The notes under the pieces are model-generated. The model was not told the origin of the DNA and made no database searches. It worked only from the letters and a program-made list of their open reading frames with translations. From Myxococcales bacterium (lineage in GTDB: Bacteria; Myxococcota_A; UBA9042; JABWCM01; BTVJ01): DNA of 64,000 nucleotides. The translations under genes were made by a program, and so were the position numbers. Of the stretch, positions 21,480-33,359 are shown one piece after another; within the stretch, counting starts at the first letter, position 1; each line of letters starts with the position of its first letter. The stretch is from positions 1-64,000 of the forward strand of contig BTVJ01000009.1 of the NCBI GenBank assembly GCA_045863395.1, given 5' to 3'.

Positions 21480-24400
21480 ATGGAGAAGGTGTTGGGTCCG
21501 CAGGACGAGGCAGCCGATTGGAGCGCGTTGGTGGCCACGGAGGAGGGTGTGCTCTGGCAGCAGCACGGCGCGGCGACCAAGGCGGTTGCGTCCGCGATGA
21601 GCAAGGCAGCCCCCGGCGAACTCCTGCCGGTCGTGGTCTGGACCTCGCGGCCCATGCCGTGGATTCGCAAAGAACTCCTCGAGGAGGCCCCGGAGAAGGC
21701 GCAGACTGAGCTCGACGAGCTGGAGGCATCCCGCCAGGCTGCGATTTCGGAGCTGCTGCTGCTCCTCGCGGGGTACGGCGTCGCCGCACAGCCTCTTGCG
21801 GGCATCCCTGCAGTGGGGGCAGACCTTCCAGCAGAGCTGGTTCAGGTGCTGGCCAAAGAGATCGAGGTTGGACGCATCGGCCTTGCCTCCAAGGGGGTCA
21901 TCCCCACATCGGCGACCTCCTCCGCCACTGTCGGAGCGGACGAGGTGCACGGCTGGGGCTGGACCGGGCAGGGACGCAAGCTCGGAATCATCCTGGCGGA
22001 CAAGCCCAACTCGACGCCGTGCCTGTCCTTCGCCGGCCGCCGCTGGTTGACCACCACGTCCTCCGCGGAGGCCAAGGTCGCGCTCGGCGCGGCGAAGGCA
22101 TCGACCACGGCGACGTGCACGCCCGTGGTGCCCGGCGTCGCCCCGGGGGTCGCGCTCTACAGCGCAGATCCCCTGGCCTCCGGGGGCTGCGACGGAGTGT
22201 GTTGGGCACTCCAACAGGGCGCAACCCTCATCGCCGCGGGTTGGGCGGAGGCCAGCTCCATGGAATATGAGGCCGTCATCGACGAGCACGACGCCACACT
22301 CGACAGCCTCGTGAAGTTACCCCCATTCCCCCTCATCGTTGCGTCCGCAGGGAACTCCAATGGCGCTGACGGCAGTCCGTGCAGCTCTCACGCCGACGCC
22401 GGCTACGTCCAGAATCACTTCTACAGCGGTCTGGTCGTCGGAGGCATGAACGAGGCCGGAACCGAGTCACCGTTAGACGACGCCCTGTACACGTGCTCCT
22501 CCTGGCGCAATCCTGCGAGCCCCAACGGCGACCGCGAGCTGCCCCACCTCGTGGCGCCCGCCGTCGATGTGCAGAGCGCAGATGCAGGTCCCTCCACCGG
22601 CACCAGCATCGCGACCGCGGTGACAGCAGGCGTCGCCGCGCTGGTGGTCGAGGCGAACCAGTCGCTGGCGAGCTGGCCGGAGGCACTCCGCGCCATCCTG
22701 ATGGCCTCCGCGCACCGGGACTACGACGGAACGACGGTGTTCGGCTGCACCGATGAGTCGACAGGGTGCGGTCGCGACGGCCATGGCCTGGTCTCCGCCC
22801 CGCGGGCCCTGCGGCTGGCAAGCTCCCAGCAGCATACGTTGGGGGCGCCGGGCAGCTCCGCCACTCTCGCGGGCCATGACTTCGGCACCATGGTGTTCGC
22901 GACCGACTTCCCCAACGGCTTCTACCACCGGGGCGGAGACCCCGTGCGCTGGAAGGTCGAGGTTCCCCCCGGCACGACGACGCGCGTCGTGTTGGCCTGG
23001 GACTCCACAGGCGTCCCGGGCTCGGGCTTCTCCGACGTGCCCGACGCGGACCTCGACCTCCACGTCTACGACTCCCAGAGTCAGCTCGTGGCCTGGTCCT
23101 GCTCCTGGGACCGCGTCCTGGAGTCGGCCCTCGTCACGAACTCCGGCTCCACCACTGAGGTCTACGAGGTCGCGGTCTACAAGTGGAGCAGCACCAGCGC
23201 CTCGACCTACTTCGGGCTCGCGTTTCAGACGACGGACGACCGCGCTCCGGATGCCTCGCTGCGGTGGCCCGTTTCGGCCGCCGTGACGACGATGGAGCCC
23301 ACGCGGGTACGACCCGTCACTGGAACCCTGGAGGTCGGCGTCCGCATCGATGACGACAGCCCCCTCGCCGTAGCGCGTGTCTACGTGGACTCCGAGTGGG
23401 TGGAGGTTCAGGGAACCGGTGACCAGGTCGTGCAGGTGCCGATGCGCGACACGGGGAGCGGTCCCCAGATCCGAGCTACCCTGTCAGTCGTGGCCGTGGA
23501 CGTCCACGGGAACCGCACCGCCGTGTCAGCCCCCATCTTCATGGAGCTGAGCCCACCTCCAGCGACGACCATCACCATCGGCGTCTCGGCCGGCATGCCG
23601 GAGCACGAGGTGGACGACCTCGCCGCGCTGGTCGATGGCGTCGCGGTGTACGCGGGGCCAGGGCAGACCACCTGGCTCATCCACGTTCCTGACGACGGTG
23701 ACCTCCACGCGGCCGCTCGAACACTGATGGATGAGGAGGGCGTGCAGTTCGCCACGGTCAACGAGCCTGCCAGGCCAGATGCCCTCCCAGCCTGCAGCGA
23801 GAACATGAGCGCTTACCCCGACGACCCTGCCTACGGAGCGTTCGTGCATCAGTGGCATCTCCACCAGCCAGCCGGCGAGTCGCACTACTTCGGGTACGGA
23901 GGGTTGACGGTCGGCGGTGGAGCCTGCACGTCACAGAATCCGTGTCTTTTCGGCACATGCGATGAAGGCTTCTGCCGCTGCGCCTCGGACTCGGACTGCC
24001 GGCCGGGGACGGTCTGTGCCGCTCCTGATGGTCCCGACGATCTGGACGACGGCTACGGGGACCGATGCCCGAACCCCAAGAATGGAGCCTGCGTGGCATG
24101 CAGCCGTGCCGGAGCCGACATCGGGTGGGAGGAGGCCAAAGAGGAGATCTGCGCCGTGCAGGAGCACGGCCCGGAGGGGCTCATCGCCATCGCGGACGTC
24201 GAGGGGCTCTTCGCGTGGAAGCACCCCGAGCTGATGGACCGCGTCTGGACAAACGGGCTCGAGTGCTGCGGAGCGGAGAGCTGCCCGGACACCGACGGAG
24301 ACGGACTCCCGGACTGCACGGCCGGGGAGCACCTGACCGAGGGACAGGCCTGCGTCCCGGAGCCCACGACGTGCCACTGCGCCGTCCCGGGCGTCTCGCC

Positions 24401-27395
24401 CCAGGAGATGACTCAGGCTCTTGTCATCCCGCTCCACGGCCGGTGCGTGGTCACCAAAGGAGGAAAGTGCGCCGCGGGTATCTGCAGCGAGGGCTACCCA
24501 GGGCGTGCGTGCTCGACAGACTCCGACTGCGTGCCCAAGTTCGGCGACCGGTGCTGGGTTCCGGGCATGAACCCGGCGCTGGCGACCAACGGAAACCTGA
24601 GCGACTGCGGCTATGCCCACGGCGTATGCTCCATTCACCCGGACTACAGCCAGGTCGGTGAGCGGGGGATCTGCACCAGCGGACCGAACCAGGGCGGGGC
24701 GTGCGAGGACGACGAGGACTGCGGCTACACCGTCGGCGTCTGCGCGCCTATGGGACCCTTCTCCGTGTGCACCGATGGGCGGCCCGGGCGGCGCGACGTG
24801 GACGATGACGGCGACGGATTCCCGGACGTGGACTGCGGCTCGGAGGCGCACTGCAAGCTCGGCGACCCGGAGGTCTACCGCATGATCTGGGGTCCAGAGA
24901 CCGGACTGCTGACCAACGGGCTCGACGACGACCTGAGCTGCTGCGACGCAAACTTCAATTGTACTCCGCAGCCGGATCCCTGCTACGACAACCCGGAGGA
25001 GGGGCTCCTTGCGGCGTTCGACGACGACGAGGACGGGTACATCGATGATGTCCATGGTGTGGACATTGCGTTGATCTATAGCGGTGCAAAGCTCCAGCCG
25101 GGCCAAATGCCGAAAGTCGGATTTCGGGGCGGTCACCTGTGGGGCACGACCCACGACGACTTCGCCGCCCGCGCCTACAATCACCACGGGACAGCGACAG
25201 CGGGGCTCGCTGGCGCCACGGTCGACAATGCCAACGACATGGCGGGAGTCATGCCCACCGCCAGGCTCCTGGCGCTGAGCTGGAACTCCGAGTACGTGGA
25301 AGAGGCGCTGGTCTACGCTGCTCAGGCGCAGGCGCAGGTCTTCAACCTGAGCGCCGGAAGACCCGAAAAGACAACCTCATGCGAGAACCACCCGTACCCC
25401 GCACAGTGCCAGGCCGCCACGATGCTCTCCTGGACCAAGCGGCTCCATGCCGTCATCGACCCGAACACGCTCTATGTGTTCTCGGCGGGCAATAGCCGCT
25501 TCGACCTGGACCAGTCGCCGAACCCGGTCGGCGGCGTCGAGGTGCTCGCGCCCTGGCGCTTCCCTCAGAGCATCTGGCCCAAGCGGTGGCTCATCGTGGG
25601 CGCATCCGACTTCCATGACCGCTTCGTGGACTGGTGGTGGGGTTGCGACGCCGCCATGTGGGCCACGCCGGGCCTGAAGAACCTGTGCTACGCGTTTCCC
25701 CCCGGGGCGTCCGAGGTGGAGGCCGACGCCGAACTCGGCTCGAACCGCGGCCCGACGTACGTCGATCTGGCAGCCCCAGGCGTCCACATCTCATCGACGG
25801 ACGCCTATCTCGCTGCTGCCCTGGTGCTCACCTACAAGAGCGTGGGCAGCGGTACATCCTGGTCCGCGCCCATCGCCGCCGGGTCGGGTGCCGTGCTGAT
25901 CAGCGCCGCCGCGGAGCGCTACGCCCACCGTCCGCTCCTCGTCATCGAGCGACTTCGGGGCACGGCCACCAAGGTCGCGTCCGACCAGAGCGCGAGCTAC
26001 ATTGGCATGACCGCCGTTCAGGGCCGAGTCGATCTGAGCCGGGCGCTCGACGAGGAGTCTGGCACCTTGCCCGAACCACCTGTCTGGGATGATGTGACAT
26101 TCGAGCTCGCGGACGCAGCCCCGGGCGAGACCCACGGGGTGGCTCTGTTTCGCCAGAGTGTGTGGACCGGAAGCCAGATGGAGACGGTCGACGTGCTCTT
26201 TCGCGCGTATGGGGGCACGGGTACCGGCTCCTTGGTCGAGCGCCAGCCGACGCTCCAGGTCAAGCGGCCGGGCGAGGCGCGCTTCACCCACTGGACAACT
26301 ACGCTCCCGTATCTGAGGGGCTCCTACTCGGCGGTCGAGCACGGAGACCTGAACGGAGACGGCTGCGTGGATCTCGTCCTGGCCGGCCAGCTCCAGGTGG
26401 ACCCATCTCCGCCACCGGGCCAGAAGCCCTTCAAGGGACGCCGGGACGCGGTCCTCCTCCAACACAAGAACGCCGGGCGGTGCCTCGGAACGTTCTACGA
26501 CACGAGCACGCCGGTATCGGCCAACCACCTCCTCACCACCAATGTCGCCGTGGCGGACGTGAACGGAGACGGCGCCCTCGACGTGATGATGCCCGGCGTC
26601 CACACGGCCCAGTACGGCCTCGCGCAGAGCAACACGCGGCTCTACCTGGGCAACGGGACCGGCGGGTTCACCGATGCGAGCGCGCTGATCGCCGAGGACA
26701 CGGAGCTTCACGGCTTTGCGCTCAGGCCCTGCGACGTGGACGGCGACGGCGACCTGGACCTGGTCGAGGCCGGTAAGCGCACGACGGGCTTCACCCCCAG
26801 CGAGCGTCGACCTCGGATCCTCCTCAACCAGATGACCGCGGGTCAGCCGGCGACGCTGGCGTTCACGGTGGCCGACCCGGTGGCCTGGGGCCTCCCGTCC
26901 CTCGCACGCGTCCACGAGGTGAGCTGCGCCGACGTCGATGGCGACGGTGACATGGACCTCCTCCTCGCTCGCCAGCAGGCGGCGAAGAACGTGCTTCTGC
27001 TGAACACCGGGACCGGCTCCTTCACGGACGGCAGCGACAGTCTACCGGACCTCGGCACCGGCGCCGGCGGGTTCGACTATCTCCACCACATCGAGGTCAC
27101 ACAGGCCGTCACTGCGTGCTTTCTGGAGGACGCGCCGGGGGTCGCGACCCTTTTCTACGCCAACGGGAAGGCGTCCGAGAAACACTGGCAACCGAACGCC
27201 GTCATGCGCCCGGGAGAGGGCGGCCACTTCGTCTCTGCTCACACAGACCTCGGGTTCCGCTTCGACACGCTCTACGGGCAGACGGAAGACATCCTCTGCT
27301 TCGACCTCGACGGCAACGGGCTGCACGACACGGTCTTCTTGGCGAACACCGGGGGCAGAGACCACCTGTACCGGTGGGCGGGAGGGGCGCCATGA
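21480..27395 (+). CDS. Giant tandem S8 (subtilase) peptidase with Cys-rich inserts and C-terminal FG-GAP/VCBS repeats; true N-terminus probably at 21249 but disrupted
   Basis: Domain 1 has SAGN and GTSIAT. Domain 2 has IAIAD, HHGTATAG, SAGN and GTSWSAP. C-terminal DxNGDGxxD repeats. Confidence 0.85.
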   Translation: MEKVLGPQDEAADWSALVATEEGVLWQQHGAATKAVASAMSKAAPGELLPVVVWTSRPMPWIRKELLEEAPEKAQTELDELEASRQAAISELLLLLAGYGVAAQPLAGIPAVGADLPAELVQVLAKEIEVGRIGLASKGVIPTSATSSATVGADEVHGWGWTGQGRKLGIILADKPNSTPCLSFAGRRWLTTTSSAEAKVALGAAKASTTATCTPVVPGVAPGVALYSADPLASGGCDGVCWALQQGATLIAAGWAEASSMEYEAVIDEHDATLDSLVKLPPFPLIVASAGNSNGADGSPCSSHADAGYVQNHFYSGLVVGGMNEAGTESPLDDALYTCSSWRNPASPNGDRELPHLVAPAVDVQSADAGPSTGTSIATAVTAGVAALVVEANQSLASWPEALRAILMASAHRDYDGTTVFGCTDESTGCGRDGHGLVSAPRALRLASSQQHTLGAPGSSATLAGHDFGTMVFATDFPNGFYHRGGDPVRWKVEVPPGTTTRVVLAWDSTGVPGSGFSDVPDADLDLHVYDSQSQLVAWSCSWDRVLESALVTNSGSTTEVYEVAVYKWSSTSASTYFGLAFQTTDDRAPDASLRWPVSAAVTTMEPTRVRPVTGTLEVGVRIDDDSPLAVARVYVDSEWVEVQGTGDQVVQVPMRDTGSGPQIRATLSVVAVDVHGNRTAVSAPIFMELSPPPATTITIGVSAGMPEHEVDDLAALVDGVAVYAGPGQTTWLIHVPDDGDLHAAARTLMDEEGVQFATVNEPARPDALPACSENMSAYPDDPAYGAFVHQWHLHQPAGESHYFGYGGLTVGGGACTSQNPCLFGTCDEGFCRCASDSDCRPGTVCAAPDGPDDLDDGYGDRCPNPKNGACVACSRAGADIGWEEAKEEICAVQEHGPEGLIAIADVEGLFAWKHPELMDRVWTNGLECCGAESCPDTDGDGLPDCTAGEHLTEGQACVPEPTTCHCAVPGVSPQEMTQALVIPLHGRCVVTKGGKCAAGICSEGYPGRACSTDSDCVPKFGDRCWVPGMNPALATNGNLSDCGYAHGVCSIHPDYSQVGERGICTSGPNQGGACEDDEDCGYTVGVCAPMGPFSVCTDGRPGRRDVDDDGDGFPDVDCGSEAHCKLGDPEVYRMIWGPETGLLTNGLDDDLSCCDANFNCTPQPDPCYDNPEEGLLAAFDDDEDGYIDDVHGVDIALIYSGAKLQPGQMPKVGFRGGHLWGTTHDDFAARAYNHHGTATAGLAGATVDNANDMAGVMPTARLLALSWNSEYVEEALVYAAQAQAQVFNLSAGRPEKTTSCENHPYPAQCQAATMLSWTKRLHAVIDPNTLYVFSAGNSRFDLDQSPNPVGGVEVLAPWRFPQSIWPKRWLIVGASDFHDRFVDWWWGCDAAMWATPGLKNLCYAFPPGASEVEADAELGSNRGPTYVDLAAPGVHISSTDAYLAAALVLTYKSVGSGTSWSAPIAAGSGAVLISAAAERYAHRPLLVIERLRGTATKVASDQSASYIGMTAVQGRVDLSRALDEESGTLPEPPVWDDVTFELADAAPGETHGVALFRQSVWTGSQMETVDVLFRAYGGTGTGSLVERQPTLQVKRPGEARFTHWTTTLPYLRGSYSAVEHGDLNGDGCVDLVLAGQLQVDPSPPPGQKPFKGRRDAVLLQHKNAGRCLGTFYDTSTPVSANHLLTTNVAVADVNGDGALDVMMPGVHTAQYGLAQSNTRLYLGNGTGGFTDASALIAEDTELHGFALRPCDVDGDGDLDLVEAGKRTTGFTPSERRPRILLNQMTAGQPATLAFTVADPVAWGLPSLARVHEVSCADVDGDGDMDLLLARQQAAKNVLLLNTGTGSFTDGSDSLPDLGTGAGGFDYLHHIEVTQAVTACFLEDAPGVATLFYANGKASEKHWQPNAVMRPGEGGHFVSAHTDLGFRFDTLYGQTEDILCFDLDGNGLHDTVFLANTGGRDHLYRWAGGAP

Positions 27396-28144
27396 TGAGG
27401 CCGTATGGATGGATGCTCGCGCTGGCAGGGCTCCTCGCCTCAGGTGCTTGCTCGGACGACTCTGTCGGTGGTTCTGGTCATCCGTCAGAGGGCCTGGACG
27501 CCACCCCGAAGACCGGTCCAGACCTGTGGTCACACGACCTGGGGGCGGGGTCCGACGCAGCACCTGACGCATCTGCCGATACAGGAGTGCAGCGTGGGTC
27601 GGATACCAAGGCCGACGTTCCGCCGTGTGTGTTCGCTGCGCCGGTGAAGGGGTACTGCTGGGTGGATCACAGCGATTGGGTCTATCACGATCTGCCGGCG
27701 ACCGTTTCCTCAGAGAGTGACTTGAAGAAGATTGACCCGTTCTGCATTGCGTATGCTGGAGGTGCTCACGACCCACCGGTCGAGTTCGAAACAGAGTATT
27801 TGGTGGTCGAGGGAGCGGGCTACGAGTGCGGCCTCAACAGCGTCGTGGTGCTGGACATCCAACGTTGCTACCACGCCAAGATGGACTACTGGCGCTTCTG
27901 GGCTCGCCGGCGGGAGATCTGCTGCGGAGTAGGTTCCACTGCGGGCGAGATCAGGGAAGACCGCTATCACGAGTACATTCGCATTCCCAAGGACCTTCAG
28001 CTCTCTTATTACACCGGGGCCCGGACGACGATGCCAAAGGGGGAAGTGGTGACCCACCCGGAATCGGGATCGGGACCCGACGACTGGGAGTCCGTGGGGG
28101 GGTGCTGGGGTCTCCTGCAGGTGGAGTGGGGCAAGGCACCATAA
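27392..28144 (+). CDS. Hypothetical lipoprotein
   Basis: ATGA overlap with the upstream stop; lipobox ASGAC. Confidence 0.7.
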   Translation: MMRPYGWMLALAGLLASGACSDDSVGGSGHPSEGLDATPKTGPDLWSHDLGAGSDAAPDASADTGVQRGSDTKADVPPCVFAAPVKGYCWVDHSDWVYHDLPATVSSESDLKKIDPFCIAYAGGAHDPPVEFETEYLVVEGAGYECGLNSVVVLDIQRCYHAKMDYWRFWARRREICCGVGSTAGEIREDRYHEYIRIPKDLQLSYYTGARTTMPKGEVVTHPESGSGPDDWESVGGCWGLLQVEWGKAP

Positions 28145-28251
28145 GCCAGCCACCAGAGCGCATCAATCCGCCCGCGACAGATCGAGAGGCACCCTCGACC
28201 CCCGTGGTCTCAACCGATCACCACGTTGCGAGAGCATCCAGGAGCAAGACC

Positions 28252-29667
28252 ATGAGACGCATGACACCCGCAATACTCAGCCTCCTGGTCGCGGCCTGCG
28301 CGCCTCAGGAGGCCGCGTCGGTCTCGACAGACGCCGACACCAGCCCCAGCGTGGCAGACACGCCGGGCTTTGACAACGCCATCGACGACGTCTCGCCTCC
28401 GCCAGACATGTCAGACGCGGCGCCCGTGGACGACGCAGCGGCGCCGGCCGACACTCCCGATTCCGAAGCGCTCCCCCCCTTGGAGATTTGCGGCAACGCC
28501 GTCGATGACGACGGGGACGGCATCGTGGACGAGGGCTGTGTCCCGCCGGGCGGGCCGTGCCAGAAGATGTCCGACTGCGCGGAGGGCCTCTGCACGGCGA
28601 TGATCGGAAGCGCTCCGGCGTGCCGGGTCCAATGCATCGACGACCTCCGCTGCGGCCCTGGAGAAGCGTGCCGGCCACCCGGGGGGGAGCTCGGCGGCCT
28701 CACGCTGTGCGTCCCCATCGCGGTGCGGCACTGCGCCCTGTGCGAGGTGGACGCGGAGTGCGGCGGTATCGCCGTTGCGGACGGAGGCACCTGCACACCG
28801 GACCCGCTGAGCGGCGCGTCCGTGTGCCTCCACCCCTGCCCGAGCACCGGCTGCGCGCCCGGCACGTCGTGCGTCGCCGGCCTCTGCCGCCCGGACAGCG
28901 GCACCTGCGGCTGCCTGGAAGACGACGTTCGCCCCTGCGAGAGGGCGAACGAGCATGGCACGTGCCACGGCGAGACGGTCTGCCACCTCGGAGTCTGGGC
29001 GGAGTGCGACGCGACGACCCCATCCGCGGAGGAGTGTAACGGCGCGGACGACGACTGCGACGGCACCGTGGACGATGACTGCGGCGGAGAGTGCACGACC
29101 GACGCCGAGTGCGACGACCACGACTCGTGCACACTGGACCTGTGCCACGTCGCCTCCCAGTCGTGCTCCCACGAGCTCGATCCTGCGCGGGACCCCGACA
29201 CGTGCGGCCCGGACGGCGACGACGACGGCCACATCGACGCGCTCGACAACTGTCCGAAGGTGGCCAACCCCGGCCAGGAGGACCTGGACGAAGACGGCAT
29301 CGGAGACGTCTGCGACGAGGACAGAGACGGAGACGGTGTACCAAACGACGACGACAACTGCCCCGACATCGTGAACCCGGGACAGGAGGACAATGAGGGC
29401 GACGGGTTCGGCGACCCGTGCGACCCTGACGATGACGACGACGAAATCCCCGACTGGGTGGACAACTGCCCGGTGATCCCCAATACGGACCAAAAAGACA
29501 ACGACATCGACGCTTTGGGGGACGTCTGCGACCCCGATGACGACAATGACGGCACTCCGGACAACCAGGACTGCGCCCCCAAGGACCCAAAGATCCACCC
29601 GGGCGCAGTCGAGATCTGCGGAAACAACAAGGACGACGACTGCGACGGGGTCATCGACTGCTACTGA
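28252..29667 (+). CDS. Cys-rich lipoprotein with thrombospondin type-3 repeats and MopE-like motifs
   Basis: Lipobox VAAC; DNCP..NPGQEDxDxDGIGDxCD repeats; EICGN..DDDCDG motifs. Confidence 0.85.
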   Translation: MRRMTPAILSLLVAACAPQEAASVSTDADTSPSVADTPGFDNAIDDVSPPPDMSDAAPVDDAAAPADTPDSEALPPLEICGNAVDDDGDGIVDEGCVPPGGPCQKMSDCAEGLCTAMIGSAPACRVQCIDDLRCGPGEACRPPGGELGGLTLCVPIAVRHCALCEVDAECGGIAVADGGTCTPDPLSGASVCLHPCPSTGCAPGTSCVAGLCRPDSGTCGCLEDDVRPCERANEHGTCHGETVCHLGVWAECDATTPSAEECNGADDDCDGTVDDDCGGECTTDAECDDHDSCTLDLCHVASQSCSHELDPARDPDTCGPDGDDDGHIDALDNCPKVANPGQEDLDEDGIGDVCDEDRDGDGVPNDDDNCPDIVNPGQEDNEGDGFGDPCDPDDDDDEIPDWVDNCPVIPNTDQKDNDIDALGDVCDPDDDNDGTPDNQDCAPKDPKIHPGAVEICGNNKDDDCDGVIDCY

Positions 29668-29716
29668 CGCGAAGCGCCTCTGAAGATGTTGAACGTGTCC
29701 GGAGAGAGTAGGCGGC

Positions 29717-31180
<1,464 letters not shown>

Positions 31181-31189
31181 TGCGCCCTC

Positions 31190-32761
31190 CTACCCGTGTC
31201 CGTGACCTGCTGCCTGCCGCTGCTCGTGCGCCGCGCTCGGGAGGACCACCCTGAAGGAGGTCCCCGCCCCGGGAACGGTGTCCACGTCGATGGACCCGCC
31301 GTGCTCTTTGACGATGCCGTAGCTCAGGGACAGCCCGAGCCCGGTGCCCTCACCTTCATCTTTCGTGGTGAAGAAGGGCTCGAAGATGTGCGGCAGGACC
31401 GCATCGGGGATCCCCGTCCCCGTGTCGCTCACGCTGAGGACGACGCGGCCCTGCTCGTCGAGCCCGGTCTCCACCGTCAGCGTCCCGCCGGCGGGCATGG
31501 CCGCCTTCGCGTTGGTCAGCAGGTTCACGACGACCTGCTGCATGCGATTGCGGTTCCCGCGGACCGGGGGGAGACCCCCACGCAGCCGCAGGTCCAGGTG
31601 CCACCGCGGGTCGGCGAGCTCGTGCCCAAGCAGCACGCACGCCCGGTCGACCACGGCGTTGACGTCCATGTCGGCGTCCTCGCCTCCCCGCGACGGGCGG
31701 CTGAAGGTCAGGAGGTTCTGCACGATGTCGCGGCAGCGCAGCGCGCTCTCCTCGATCTCCTTCAGGAAGTCCCAGGTCTCCGACTCGGGCTCCACGTTGC
31801 GCAGCGAGAGCTGGGCAAACGCGAGGATGGCGCCGAGGGGGTTGTTGATCTCGTGGGCGATGCCGCCGGCGAGCTGCCCGACGGCGGCCATCTTCTCGGT
31901 CTGCAGCAGGACCCGCTGGATCGCCTTCTCGTCGGTCACATCGCGGTAGTGGCAGACCGCGCGGTCCGGCTCGGCCGTCCGATCCGTGCGCGTGTTCATG
32001 GGAAACGTGGTGACCCGGTACACCCGCTCGTCCCGCCCGGAGCGGACCTCGGTGACGCCCATCTGCCCCGTCGCCAGCGTCTTCTCCAGCGGGCAGCCGG
32101 CGCACCGCTCCGGAGCGTCGAACAGCGCCTCGTGGCAGGTGCGGCCCGTCACGCGGCGGACGTCCTTGCCGGCGGTCGCCGCCCACGCCAGGTTGGTGCG
32201 GACGACGCGGCGGCTCGGATCCACGATGGACAGGGGGTCGCTGATCGCGTCGAAGGTCTGCTCCCATGCGCGCTTGGCGCGGATCAGGAGCTCCGTGCGC
32301 TCGTTGACCTTCTCTTCGAGGCTCTGGGCCAGCTCCCGCAGCTCGTCGGTGCGCTGGTCGGCGACCTCCATGGCGCGCGCGGACTCGGAGAGCTCGTGGT
32401 GGCGGGCGGCGGCGTGGCGGACGGCGTCAACGAGGGGCTGCGAACCGGCGGAGGCGTCGACGATGCGGAGCACCTCGGCCTCGTTGACGAAGCGCAGGAC
32501 CACGTCCACGGGCGCGCCATCGGAGACCAGCACCGGCTGCACCAGGGGGCGCCTGCGCCGCACCTCGAGGAGGGTCCCGAGGCCGTCGGCGCTCTGCCCT
32601 GCCACGCAGACGGCGACCGCCGGGCTGAGGCCGCCCATGACCACGCCGAGCTGCGACGCGCGCTGGACGACCATGGGCGACAGGCCGGCGGCCCGGAGGG
32701 GCTCGTCCAGCGAGCTCGCCGCGCCGAGCAAGAGCACCGTCGTCCTGATCTCGTCCGCCAT
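31190..32761 (-). CDS. PAS-domain sensor histidine kinase with degenerate N-terminal receiver-like region
   Basis: WEQTFDAI.D PAS; AHEINNPL H-box; NLLTNA, DTGTGI, FEPFFTTK, GTGLGL. Confidence 0.93.
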   Translation of the reverse strand: MADEIRTTVLLLGAASSLDEPLRAAGLSPMVVQRASQLGVVMGGLSPAVAVCVAGQSADGLGTLLEVRRRRPLVQPVLVSDGAPVDVVLRFVNEAEVLRIVDASAGSQPLVDAVRHAAARHHELSESARAMEVADQRTDELRELAQSLEEKVNERTELLIRAKRAWEQTFDAISDPLSIVDPSRRVVRTNLAWAATAGKDVRRVTGRTCHEALFDAPERCAGCPLEKTLATGQMGVTEVRSGRDERVYRVTTFPMNTRTDRTAEPDRAVCHYRDVTDEKAIQRVLLQTEKMAAVGQLAGGIAHEINNPLGAILAFAQLSLRNVEPESETWDFLKEIEESALRCRDIVQNLLTFSRPSRGGEDADMDVNAVVDRACVLLGHELADPRWHLDLRLRGGLPPVRGNRNRMQQVVVNLLTNAKAAMPAGGTLTVETGLDEQGRVVLSVSDTGTGIPDAVLPHIFEPFFTTKDEGEGTGLGLSLSYGIVKEHGGSIDVDTVPGAGTSFRVVLPSAAHEQRQAAGHGHG

Positions 32762-32864
32762 CTCCGTCCTCCGCGCCCAGAACCATGGGACGGAGCACAG
32801 ATCGGCGTTTGCCTGGCGGACCTTTAGGGCTGATTACCCAGGTGGGTAGAAAGTGACCCGGGGG

Positions 32865-33320
32865 TCAGGACGCGAGGAGCGGCTCCAAGACCGCCCAGAG
32901 CGCCTCAGGCGTCCGGGCCTCCATGGCGGTGGCGAGAAACGTATCGTCGGTGCAGCGACGGGCGATGGCGGAGAGCGCGCGCAAGTGGGAACCCGGGCGG
33001 TCGCCAGGCCCGAGCAGCATGAAGACGAGCCACACCTTCGGGTCGTCCGGATCGCCATAGGTGAGGGGATCGGCCAGCGTCGCGACGCAGAGCAGCTCCC
33101 GCTGCAGGCCGGGGACCAGGGCGTGGGGGAACGCGACGCCGCGGCCCACCACGGTCGGAGACTGCGCCTCGCGCTGCTGGAGCCGGTAGTACGCCGTGTG
33201 CGGATCCAGCCCCGGCACCTCGGCCGCCAGGGAGTCCACCATCTTCTGGAGCAGCTCGTCCTTGGAGTCCACCTGGACGCGGGCGAGGATCTGGGAGCGG
33301 GAGACGGTCAGGTCGTTCAT
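32865..33320 (-). CDS. PTS EIIA (PtsN/fructose-mannitol type) domain protein
   Basis: RE...T.VG.GVAFPH phospho-His motif; HLRALS.IAR. Confidence 0.88.
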   Translation of the reverse strand: MNDLTVSRSQILARVQVDSKDELLQKMVDSLAAEVPGLDPHTAYYRLQQREAQSPTVVGRGVAFPHALVPGLQRELLCVATLADPLTYGDPDDPKVWLVFMLLGPGDRPGSHLRALSAIARRCTDDTFLATAMEARTPEALWAVLEPLLAS

Positions 33321-33359
33321 CGGATCCCCTCTGAATCGCCGGGGCCGCCCTGCGGCGCC

